A DNA stretch of 62,180 nt, filler included. It is 7 parts of 7 records of this genome, joined end to end, with 100 filler letters (N's around TTAATTAATTAA, not from the genome) between each part and the next. Parts side by side here need not be neighbours in the genome. Positions count along the whole stretch, not along the records: positions 29,353 to 39,285 come from SRR7504441_6308; positions 39,386 to 45,945 come from SRR7504441_6311; 5 more parts are not named here. One strand, written 5' to 3'. Position 1 is the first letter of the stretch; each line of letters opens with the position of its first letter. The notes beneath the pieces are model-generated. The model searched no databases. It saw nothing but the letters and a program-made list of their open reading frames with translations, and was not told the DNA's origin. This document shows positions 34,014-44,360 of the stretch, piece after piece. Both the position numbers and the translations under genes were made by a program.

Positions 34014-34796
34014 TCACCACCAGGCGGGTAATATGGAGGCCCTGGGCGCCCACTCGAACTCGTTGAGCAGGCTGAGCTGGGCGTGCAGGCTCCGGCCGTC
34101 GTGCACCAGCGCCGTGTTGACCCCAAGGCTAGGGCCAGCCGCCTCCCGCATCCAACCTGGCAGCTGCCTGAGCCACTCGTCTCCCACCCGCCAGCTGACC
34201 CCCACCCGGGCCTGCACCGTCGCCCGCCCGGCCCGCCAGTGCACCAGCCCACCGGCGTGCACCGCGGCCCAGTCTGTGTCTGCCGGGTCGGCCTGCTTGT
34301 TTAGCACCGAGAGCGTGAGTGGGGCCTCCACCGCCCACAGGCCGACCCCGTGCAGCTTGTGCAGCCTAAATGGGGCCAAACCGAGCTCCAGGTCCCACCG
34401 CCCGGTCCGCAGCCCGGCCCGGGCCGCCAGCCCTTGGTGCAGGGTGAGCGGGCAGTCGGGCTTGCCTACCAGGTTGGCCAGCAGCAGCCCCTCCGCGGCC
34501 GCCCGCAGCTCGAGCCCGGCCCAACGGCCCCTTCGAATCGTCAGGGTCTGGATCCCCACCGTGGGCGCCGGCCGGAGCCACCGGTCCGGATCTGGGAGCG
34601 TGCAGACCGATATGACCGGAGCGGTGCCGTGCTGGCGGAGCCAGGCGTCCCCACGGGAGAGTGAGGCCTGCACCTGGCGGGAGAGCCGCTCCAGCTCGGC
34701 CGGGGCCACCGCCAGCTGCTCCCAGGCCTCCTTGGCCAGCTCCTCCCCTGAAGACCAGCCCTCCGCCAGCTCCTCCGATAGCTGCTCCCAGGCCAT
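34014..34796 (-). CDS. Hypothetical beta-strand-rich protein
   Basis: 260-aa ATG-started ORF in the expected head-to-head slot, with amphipathic strand pattern. Confidence 0.55.
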   Translation of the reverse strand: MAWEQLSEELAEGWSSGEELAKEAWEQLAVAPAELERLSRQVQASLSRGDAWLRQHGTAPVISVCTLPDPDRWLRPAPTVGIQTLTIRRGRWAGLELRAAAEGLLLANLVGKPDCPLTLHQGLAARAGLRTGRWDLELGLAPFRLHKLHGVGLWAVEAPLTLSVLNKQADPADTDWAAVHAGGLVHWRAGRATVQARVGVSWRVGDEWLRQLPGWMREAAGPSLGVNTALVHDGRSLHAQLSLLNEFEWAPRASILPAWW

Positions 34797-34828
34797 CCGC
34801 GGCCGTTATTTGTACGAATACGATTCAC

Positions 34829-35624
34829 ATGGCGTCCGAGCCCAACCCCCCGACCCCAAGTCCGGGCAAGCGGCGGGGCTCCGGCAGCAAGGCCGGGTCC
34901 TCCGCGCTGCGGAACCGGGTGCGCAGCAAGGCCGAAGAGGAGGCCAGCGTGAGCAGAATCGAGCAGCGGCTGGCAAAGCTCGAGCAGAGCCCGCTGGTCA
35001 GCCCCGCGCCGTCAGAGGTGGCGGCCCAGGCCGAGGAGCGGTCCGGCGGGCTCGAGAGGTGCCGGCAGGCCGTGCTCCGACTGGGCGGGAGCACTGGTTG
35101 GATCTCGGTCCACACGCTCGACCTGATCGGGGCCGAAGCCGGCTCTCCACTTAGCCAGGTGCTGGCCAGAGTCCGGCGCAGCCTGCAGGACGCCAGCTGC
35201 CAAAAAACCGAGTTCTCGGCTCAGGAGGTGGCTCAGGAGATGGTCCGCCGCTGCCCGTACGACGCCGACGCGCTGCTGCGGATGGTGGCAGAGCTAGAAA
35301 AGGCCAAGCCGGCGCCCAGCCCGAGCGGAGGCCAAGCCGGGCTGAGTGCGGCCCAACTGACGGTGCCGGCTCGGCGGGGGCCGGCCAAGCAGGCCTCAGG
35401 AGATCCCGCTGGAGAAGAAGCTTATGGCCGAGAGCCAAAGCCCCGAGAAGGCCGAGCCGGGGTGCGAGCAGGCCAGCAGTGCACTAGTGTCCTGGCCAGT
35501 GCTGGTGTCGGCAGCTGTGGGTGAGCCCGCCGGTTGGGCTGGCTCTGAGGGCGCCTCAGGTGTGTGCGTGGCCGGCATGATTGTGGTGCTCAGGAAGCAC
35601 AAGAGTGCCGGCAAGTTCTGGTGA
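34829..35624 (+). CDS. Hypothetical protein (3' end uncertain)
   Basis: MASEPNPP... ORF with helical core. The 3' exon structure is unresolved. Confidence 0.5.
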
Positions 35625-35865
35625 ACATCAAGCACGTCGGCCACAGTTAGCGGGCACATCGGCTAGCGTTCTGGTGCCCGATCTAACAGCTGAGCGATTA
35701 TTCCTTGAAGTCACAGATTGAAAATGAATCTTTAATCTTAAATATATCGCCACCTCTGACACATCGACACCACTCAACTGTGACTCGGCATGCCTGACAC
35801 ACTTGATCACCCAGCAGAGCGAGCGCTCATCTCGTATGGAACGGCCCTGTGGAGTCATGCGCGGC

Positions 35866-37020
35866 TCAGTCGGCTTCGTCTGAAATCAGATAAGGCGGCT
35901 GGTCCTCGCGGCAGATCGCGCTGAACGGCTTGTTGCAGCTGGGGCAGACCGGCTTGCTGCTCGCGTGCTGTTGCAGGCAGCTAAAGTGGAAGATGTGCCG
36001 CCGTTTGGCCGGCCGCCGGGTGGAGCATTGGTCCGGCCAGCAAGTTTCTGAGCTCCCGAATCCGACCTGCCCACCCCAGCTCAGCTCTTGAGAGCGTGAG
36101 CGGCACTCGCCTCCAGGTGGCAAAGGTTGCACACGGTCTTGGGCCCGAGCTCGATCAGCTTGCAGCAGCTCTGGACGCACTCGGCCTCGCGCAGCTCGTC
36201 TGGGGACACCTCGAGCTGCCAGCACTCAGCTTGAGCGACAGCCTAGCCGCACCGGGTGCAGAGAGCGAAAGTGGGCCTCGCCGTGCAAGCTGAGCCAGAG
36301 CGTCCGGCCGGCCACGTTCAGGTCGGGGGTGTGCCGGCCGCCGGGCCCATACTCGGTGTACCAGGTGCACTGATGGCTCATGTACCCCCTTGGGCCCAGC
36401 TCGACCAGCACCACCTTGCCCGGGGCGAACCACTTGAGAACCGACACACGGCACTTCATCACGTCGCAGATGGCCTGCAGCGTGATGTGGTCCCCGTCGC
36501 AGCTCAGGTAAGACATCTTGACCAGAAAGTCGTCCACGTTAACCGTCCGCCCCCCCTGCGACTCCTGCCGCCGGGTAGCCGCGTCCGCCACAAGGAAGAA
36601 ATCGGCGAAGCTGTGGTGCCAGATCCGGATCACCTCGAGCGCCAGCCGCCGCAGGTGCAGGTCGGGCCGGAAGTCGGGTGCGGACGGGGCCCGCCACAGC
36701 TGGTCGGCCAGCGAGCTGAACTGGCAGGCCCCGCTGGAGGCCAATTGGTTGAGCGTCTCGGTCTCCTCGAGCCGACAGGCCTGCAGGAAGCTGCCCAGCG
36801 ACGGGTAGCTCTTCTGGTCCGCCAGCTCGGCCTGCACCCGTGCCCGGAGCACCTGGTCCTCCGCCGACTCGCGCACCAGCCGGTCGGTGTACGCCGGGAA
36901 CAGCAGGTCCGCCGGGAAGCCAGGCTTGACAAACTGGCCGAGCGCGTCGCTCTCGCACAGCTCGGCGTGCGGACGCTCCTTACGCGGCCGCTTCTTGGGC
37001 CGGGACCGCTCCTGAGCCAT
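35866..37020 (-). CDS. OTU-family deubiquitinase domain fused to RING-H2 finger, 2 introns (one GC-AG)
   Basis: GACQFSSLADQL, GDHITLQA, WLSLHGEAHFRSL (OTU); CNLC...C...HIFHFSC...CPSC (RING-H2); basic NLS-like N-terminus. Confidence 0.8.
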
Positions 37021-37223
37021 GTGTGCGGTGTGATGGGGCAATCAACGCGGGCCAACACGCTTTGAACACACCCCTTATCTCTGCGGGCAATCTCCAGACT
37101 TCACTCGTCGTGACTGGCAGTCATCGGCTCTGGGGCACAGCCCCGGCGGGGCCCCTGAGTTCGGCCTTGCTGACTAGCAGCCAGACTGCCCCCCCCAGGC
37201 AGCCTCGCCACTGGGCCGCGCCG

Positions 37224-39121
37224 ATGGGGCTCTTCGAGGAGCCGAGCTCTGGGAACCGGTGCGAGGTGCTGATCGATGGGATCCAGACCTTCGAGCGCAT
37301 GTTCGAGTGCCTCACCCGGGCCCAGCAGAGCGTGGCGGTGCTGGCCTGGCAGATCAACCTGGACTTCGGGATGGTCCCGGCCAGCCTGGCCTCCGGGTTC
37401 ATGCTCTCGGCGATCGGCAAGCCGCCGGGCGGGCTGCTCACGCTGGCCGACCTTCTGATCTGGAAGGCGCTGTGCGGGGTGGCGGTCCGGGTGGTGGTCT
37501 GGCGGCACGAGCTGGTCTCCTGGCTCGAGCGGATGCTCCGGGGCAGCGGCTCCTGGAACCTGCAGCAGGCCCTGGCCCAGTTCAGGGCCCGCTGCCGCCG
37601 GCTCGGGCTGCGGGTGGCGCTGTTCGGGCCCGGCGAGTCGCCCACCATGGGCCCGGACGGCCGGCCGACGGATGGGTCGGACATCGTGTTCGTGGTGGTC
37701 GGGTGCCCGGACGGTTATTTCTCTTGCTACCATGAGAAGCTGCTTCTGATAGACGGCGGTGCGTGCTCGGGCTCTGACTGGGCTGATGTGTGCGCAGAGG
37801 CCCCGGAGCGGGCGGTCGGGTTCCTGGGAGGGTTTGATATCGCCACCGGCCGGATAGACCCCGGCGACTGGCTGGCCAAGCAAGGACAGCCCTGGGGGTG
37901 GCCCGCTAGCCCTTCCCCCCTAGCCTAGGGCAGGCCGGTCGAGCCGTGGGAGCAGCACAAGGCGCACCTGGCCGCCTCCTCGGCCGGCGCCATGTATCTG
38001 TGGCACGACCTGCAGCTCAAGCTCGAGGGCCCGGCCGCCCAGCTGCTTTGGATGCACTTCTGCCAGGTCAGTCGCAGCCCGGATGCTCTGACCGAACCAT
38101 TCAGCTAACCCTAACCCTAACCCTGACCCTAAAGCTGCTCTGACCGAACCATTCAGCGGTGGAACTTCCACAAGACCGGCCGACACCAGCCAGTGCGGCT
38201 GTCTGGCCAGCCGGCCGAGCTTGTGGAGGGGTGCGACTCGTCGACCAGCTGGGCCGGCTGCCGGGTCCAGCTATCCAGATCGTGGGCCCGGCTGCTGATC
38301 GGGCACTCGATGCGCGAGCAGTTCGTCCAGCTGATCCTCTCAGCCCAGAAGCTGCTGTACATAGAGCACCAATACATCCAGGACGGCCCGATCGTCCAGG
38401 CGCTCCCACCCCGTCCACCCGCTCACACGAGCCGCAGGCGCTCTGCGACGCACTGGCTCGCAACCGGGAGCTCAGGCTGCTGATTGTTACTTGCATTAAG
38501 ACCGACCTGCCGCGCGGGCTGCTCGGCAAGGCTAAAGGCTGCTCGGCGGTTGGTCATCGGTTGGCAGGTGATCGGGGAGAACGACGCCGAGATCCACCGG
38601 ATGATGTGCAGAGTGCACGCGGCCGCCCCGGACAGGGTGGGCGTGTACGGGCTGTGCTGGGAGGAGCCCGGGACCGGCCGGATTAAGACGATATACGTCC
38701 ACTCCAAGGCCATGATCGCAGACAATCGCTGCTGCGTGATCGGCTCTGCTAACTTGGTCCGGCCTCCCATAAGCCTTGCGCCAGCCCGCGGCAGGACGCA
38801 TTCTCGTTTGAGCACAGCTCGGAGCTGGCCGCGTTCGTGCTCTCGCCCGAGGTGTGCTGCTCTACCCGCGAGCGGCTGGTGCAGGAGCACCTAGGGCCGC
38901 ACTGGAGCCCCGAGCTGACCAACGACTGGCCAAAGCTGTTTGAGCGGTTCAGGACCGTGGCGGCCGAGGTGCTAGAGGAGCTCCAAACCGAACGGCGGCT
39001 GAGCTGGCGGCTGGTGCCGCTGGTGCCCCGGCGCGAGTACCAAGTGGTGCACAAGATAGCTGAGTACCCCAACCTGCTTACCAAGGCGCTCCGCAAAATC
39101 AGACCGGTCTCCGCTCTTTAA
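37224..39121 (+). CDS. Phospholipase D, 6 introns
   Basis: Two HKD motifs (HEKLLLID, HSKAMIAD..IGSANL), WHD, YIEHQY. Confidence 0.92.
38084..38157 (+). repeat. Interstitial telomeric repeat (CCCTAA)n flanked by 22-bp direct repeats, inside a PLD intron
   Basis: TGCTCTGACCGAACCATTCAGC at 38084-38105 and 38136-38157 flanks TAACCCTAACCCTAACCCTGACCCTAAAGC. Confidence 0.92.
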
Positions 39122-39285
39122 TTAAACACATTCACGAGTAGTAATAGACGCCGGCATCGGGATATACTATTCGTTTGATCGTTTACGTACTACAAACGAT
39201 GCATTACGTACGAGTATTAACTACTTGTACTGACTACTACAAAGTACTCGCACGGTCTAGATCTGTGCTTAGATCGTGCTTGCAT

Positions 39286-39385
39286 NNNNNNNNNNNNNNN
39301 NNNNNNNNNNNNNNNNNNNNNNNNNNNNNTTAATTAATTAANNNNNNNNNNNNNNNNNNNNNNNNNNNNNNNNNNNNNNNNNNNN
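39286..39385. other. Artificial contig linker
   Basis: N44-TTAATTAATTAA-N44. Confidence 0.98.
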
Positions 39386-40493
39386 TCAAGTGTGTAATCC
39401 TGCCCTCCTCATCAATGATGAGCTTCGGCCTCTCACGGCGATTGAGCTCCCAGCGCCCCCCACCCTCGAGAAGGACTGTGTTGTTGTAGGCGTTCTGAGG
39501 ATGGTATGTCCAGTTAACGCCATCCTCTGAGAACCCATGACCCCCCGCAGCGCCTTGGCTGGTCTTCTCGCAATCCGCGTGGAAAAGCGCATGGAAACCT
39601 CTCCGGTTCTTGTAAACGAACCCGTCCTCTATGTGGCACCACGAGAAATCTGGAAATATGTTCTCTGTGGAGTAGCTGTACGTGCCGTTCCATGCCGGAG
39701 CCGTTGCCTGTGCGTAGTAAGACTGACCGCTGCCCTTGGTGTAGTTGATGCTCCGCCACAGCATGAGCACTGACCCATTCGGGAAGATCCACGGGGCCGG
39801 ATTCATGTCGTTGCCGTTACCTGGGTAGCTCGCATTCGCTTCGCAGCCCGGCACCTCCTTGCATGTGCCTATTGTTGACTCCTACCAAGGCCCTCCCGGC
39901 GAGTCTGAACGGAGCACAGCCGCCGGGCCTCGGAAGCCGATGCCCGACAGCCACGGGTGGGCTGGGCCGGTGCATCCTTGCGAGCAATTCCGGGTATATT
40001 GGCAGGTTTGGGCTGACGGATCGGGGCACGGCGCGGTGTTGTTGAGCCCCGCGCCCACATGGTACACCAGCCAGCTGCCGTCCATCCCACGCACTACCTC
40101 CGGCGAGTGTGCAAAGTGCGGCTTGATGAGCTTCTGCAGCCTGTACGGTCCGGCAGGGTTCTGGCTGCTCGCGTGTCCGATCGCTGAGTTGGGCCGCCAA
40201 GCGTTGAGCCCGCAGCCGTGTTCCATGACCGCCGCATACATGTGCCACTCTCCAGTGGTGCTATCCCGCTCGACTGAGCCGCCCCAGCTCGAGTAGACCC
40301 CCAACCCGCCGTCCGGCTGGAGCCCTGCGGTGGGCCGGGCCGGGAGCAGGTTGAGCCTCTGGCACTCGGAGCCGGTCCAGGCCGCATCGCAGTGGCAGCG
40401 GCCGCCCAGCCAGTCGCCGTTCAGGCTGCACAGCGGGGCGCCCCGGCCCACCCGAGACAACACCAGCACCAGCACCCCGGCTGCACGAAGCAT
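39386..40493 (-). pseudogene. Secreted five-bladed beta-propeller glycoside hydrolase-like gene (GH43-like) with EGF-like module and one in-frame TAG; 3' partial
   Basis: Signal peptide, CSLNG..CHCDAAWTGSEC, SSWGG, FAHSP, NPAP, EDGFVY, RRERP. TAG at 39882-39884 separates two ORFs in the same frame. Confidence 0.6.
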
Positions 40494-40583
40494 CGAATGC
40501 ACGATGCAGCCAGCGCACCGGGTTTCCGTTGTTTTTTGAGCCGCTGCAAGCAGACGAAGGCCGCGGGGCGTGCGCCCCTGCGA

Positions 40584-41457
40584 ATGGGGGAGCCGGCACG
40601 CGTGATCGCCAGCGAGCTGCTGATCGCACAGCTCAACGACCTGCTCGCTCTCAAGGACGCCGCGCTCCAACGACAGGCCGACCAGCTCAGCCAACTCCGG
40701 CAGGCCCGCGGCCCCGCGTGCCCGGGCTGACCCAGAGGGCAGGCGGCCGAGGCGGCGGCGGCCGAGGCGGCAGCGGCGGCTGAGACGGCGGCAGCGGCTG
40801 AGACGGCGGCGGCCGAGGCAGTGGCCAAGGCAGGGGCCGAGGCCGTGGCGGAGGCGGCGGCCGAGGAGTCGGAGCTGGACGAGCAGCGGAGCCTGCGAGC
40901 ACACCTGGAGGTCTGGGCGGGTTGCCGGCGGGCTGAGCCGGCGGGCAGCTGGCCGTTGCCAACCAGCAGCAGTACCGTGAGGTAGTGCAGAAGCAGCGGG
41001 AGGAGCTACGCCGAGCCCAGCAGGAGCTCAAAGCCCAGCAGGAGAGAATAGAACAGCTGTGCGCAGGCTAGTGCCGGCCTAGCTTATCGGCGGGCGCAGC
41101 TCGGGCGAGATGGAGGCACGCGGTAGCGCGATTCGGCGGGAGACGGAGGAGCGGGCCGAGCGGCGGCTGCAGATTGTGAAACAGGAGCTGGAGGCCCGGC
41201 TGAGCGACCGCGAATTCAAACACGCCGCCGAGCTGGCTGGTAGCTGCGGGTAGCCGGCGAGTGGTCAGCGGCTGGGTCGGCAGCTGTCAAGGCGGAGGGT
41301 AAAGCGGAGCTGCACCGATGCCGGGCTGAGGCCGAGTGCGCCCCGGGTGACTGTAGGCGCTGAGTGTGCCGGCAGTGCTAGACAGGAGGAAGCCAGTCTC
41401 CGACACCAGCAGGAGCTGTACATTGCGAGCAAAGGTATGTCGGTCCAGCTTGAATAA
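40584..41457 (+). CDS. Coiled-coil protein with Ala/Glu-rich tract, about 5 introns (one GC-AG); 3' end approximate
   Basis: A continuous helical reading frame is recovered by removing 38-44 nt introns. Confidence 0.6.
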
Positions 41458-41569
41458 CCCGAAGCGGCGGCTAATGAGCTCTAGTATTCATTCTACCAAC
41501 CACTACGGTATAATCGGTATACGTAATCGGTCTAATGTTACGGTACGAGTAGCATGTCGAAGCGATTCA

Positions 41570-42832
41570 TCAGTTAGCATACATCTCGAAGCAAAAGACC
41601 ACATTTTGATGTTGCGGCCCCTTCGGCCCTGAATAATGGCGCTCCGTGTGCATGTGGGTCGTTGTCCTATCATAACAAACGACTGCGCTCTGCCCATCCA
41701 CTGCCGGCAAGAGCCCCATGTAACCGGTCGTCTCATCGTTGCCCCCGGAACCATTCACTGTGTCGTTGGAAAACCGGTAGACAGAGTCACCGTAGTAGAC
41801 GTTGTGGTGAGCCGCAATATTGAAAACGCTCCACTCTGCATCTTCTAACCCTAACCCGGCGTCTGTGTACCTAGCATAGAGGCCATATCTACCAGAGAGG
41901 ACCACCAGCGAGCTGCCGAGCACGGCCGCCTTGGGCTCGACGCCGTGCGGCCCGCCCGCGCCCACTTGCCTGGGGGCTGACCAGTGCAGCCCCTCATCTG
42001 CTGAGAATTGAACACACAGCGCTACATTCGCGCTCCAGCCTGTTTCTGGCCCGTCCCGATTCCTGTAGAACGCGGCCAGGCGCTGATCCGGGAGCCGCAC
42101 TAGAGCGTTCTCGCTGGGTGTGGAGCAGGGGCCAGTCGGGGTGTCGTCGAGACCGGTGCTGTTCTTGATGAGAGCCAGCTGAGTCCAGCTCTGCCCAAAG
42201 TCTCGGGAGACAATCGCTACAAGAGACGAGTTCGCAGCGCCCGGCCCGGGGCCCGCCTGCGCCCCGTACAGCGTGGCTATCTGGGCCGGCTGGCCGTGTG
42301 GCCGGGCCGGGATGCTCTTGTCCATGTCTGGTACAAACGACCAGTGGCCTTCCGAATTCGTCAACCCGGCAACATCCAGTCGAACGCTGATGTTGAGCTG
42401 GCCCGCAACGAACGTGTGCACGCCCGTCGCGTTCCGGACCGATCGCCACAGCAGCCCGGCCGCAGTCGCCTCTCGAGGGTCGGAGCTCGGATCCAGCCGA
42501 AACGGCAGGCAGGGCATTGTGCCATCAGGCCGGTGGGTGCACAGCACCCCCTTGCGAGGGCTGCCGTCTCGCGGGTCCTGAGGGCCGACCGGCCGCCAGC
42601 CGGCCAGGTCGGAGGCGTTGTCGGTGGCCCAGGCCCGGCCCCAGCCGCCGAGGGGCATCTCCTCGTCCGGGTTGCCCTGGGCGATCAACAGCAATGCCCC
42701 GGTCGGCATACGCTGAAGCGAGCTTGGAAAGAGCGCTAGTTGGCCAGGATCGCCCGTCGCAGCTTGTACCGGAGGCCCCGCGCGCAAGCTCGCGGCCTCC
42801 GTGAGCATCAGAAGCAGCCCGATTGCCTCCAT
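41570..42832 (-). CDS. Secreted BNR/Asp-box (sialidase-fold) protein
   Basis: Signal peptide and Asp boxes SRDFGQSW and SADEGLHW. Confidence 0.8.
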   Translation of the reverse strand: MEAIGLLLMLTEAASLRAGPPVQAATGDPGQLALFPSSLQRMPTGALLLIAQGNPDEEMPLGGWGRAWATDNASDLAGWRPVGPQDPRDGSPRKGVLCTHRPDGTMPCLPFRLDPSSDPREATAAGLLWRSVRNATGVHTFVAGQLNISVRLDVAGLTNSEGHWSFVPDMDKSIPARPHGQPAQIATLYGAQAGPGPGAANSSLVAIVSRDFGQSWTQLALIKNSTGLDDTPTGPCSTPSENALVRLPDQRLAAFYRNRDGPETGWSANVALCVQFSADEGLHWSAPRQVGAGGPHGVEPKAAVLGSSLVVLSGRYGLYARYTDAGLGLEDAEWSVFNIAAHHNVYYGDSVYRFSNDTVNGSGGNDETTGYMGLLPAVDGQSAVVCYDRTTTHMHTERHYSGPKGPQHQNVVFCFEMYAN

Positions 42833-42856
42833 TCCAGATCAAAACAACGGCCATCC

Positions 42857-43787
42857 ATGGCCGCAGCTGCAGGGCTCCAGTCGTGGGCCGACGGCTTCGC
42901 CCGGCGGCCCGCAGCGCCGGCCACACGGCCCGAGCCAGTCGAGGCCGTGCTGGCGCTGGATTCGCCGGCCCGGCCCCGTGCCGCCTCTCCGGCCGCGGTG
43001 CTCGAGCTCAAGCACGGGGAGCTGGACGCCTGCACCCTGAAGCAGAGCCTCACCGTCGGAGACTGTGCCCCGCCGGCCGGCTGCCGGCCTGTGAGCTGCG
43101 TGGCTGGCAGATCCATGGTACACTGCTCCGGTGCCTGAGGCCAGCTGGCGCGAGGACGGGACTGGCCAGACGCGAGGGCGGGGCCCCCGGACCTACCACC
43201 TGGTGGTCGATTTGATGTACTCGGCGCTGCTGGGGGCGGCTGCCCGCTGGGTTGTGGTGTACGAGCAGAATCAGATGCAGGGCTTGCAGATGTGCATCTT
43301 TGGGAGCTGTGTGGTGCAGAATCTGCTCTTTTGCCAGTATGGTTTGCAGCACTGGTTGAGGCTGAATCTACACCTGGCGATGTTTGGATATCCAATTTAT
43401 TGACGCGCGCATCGGTAGAATGTTCACAATTGTGATTGCACTGCTGCTCACATCAAGCATCGGAAATGACTGGTTTAGGATGAGCACGGGATGCAAAGGT
43501 CAGTGTCGTGTGCTAGCCCTGTCTCTCAAGCTGTGCAACAGTATGGACTATGGCCAGTCCAGCTCTGGCAGTGTTCTCCATCCTGCCGGCGGTGGTCCTC
43601 TTCCAACGAGAACCCGGAGCTCAGGAGTACACACACCATGCCATGCACCGCAGCGGGTGCTGCGTGGTCACCTGGTCTGCGTGATGCTTTGCATGTCCCA
43701 GGTTTTATGCAATCCTTTACGTGGCTAGGGAATCAAGAAATCTTAGATGTACTTTACAGCACTGCCCGAACTGTTTTGCGCCTGTAA
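42857..43787 (+). CDS. Hypothetical membrane protein (weak LtrA-like resemblance), at least 2 introns
   Basis: Hydrophobic exons such as YHLVVDLMYSALLGAAARWVVV. Exon structure is only partly resolved. Confidence 0.4.
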
Positions 43788-44360
43788 GCTCCATGGCTCG
43801 AAACAGGATAGCGGGATAGCCGCTAACTCCCCATCTCGTCCGCAGCAAATGACAACTCTGTTATTGTATAGATACGCAGTACCTGGCTCCGTTCACGACA
43901 AGCAGTTATTTGCTGGCTCGAGGATCGGCAATTGCAATTGGACAATTAAAATTCTATGGGAAGCGTAGTACGCGACAAGCTCGCGACAAGCGAGATCGAG
44001 GTGGGCTCAAAATTAACCTAGTAGCAACGTCCTTTCGCGCGTGTCCTACTGCCTCGAGCAATCATTTTCTGCGCCTTCTGTGCACGGCTCAACGGGGTGT
44101 CCGTCTACTTACTCGGTTATGAGTTCAGCGGTCCAGGATACTGCTTGACAGACGCCACCATATATCAGCTGAGATCGCTGGGATACGACCTACAGCTGAC
44201 AGACCAGTCTGCAATGATATGCGCTGAGGACTACAAGGTACGCATAGTCTAGTGGAATTTTCATGTATAATAACAAATATCTGTCCAATCGAATAGTGAG
44301 ACTAGAGGCTGCACCGTGCCAGGAGAGTTTTGAATCTGGGCCTTTGTTCGCTACCCAACG

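Noticed and set aside
40743-40866. GCG-rich repeat tract
   Set aside because: Encodes a low-complexity Ala/Glu segment of the coiled-coil protein.
43790-44360. Transposon remnant upstream of the BspA gene
   Set aside because: No transposase fragment, terminal repeats or target-site duplication found; only one short tandem duplication.
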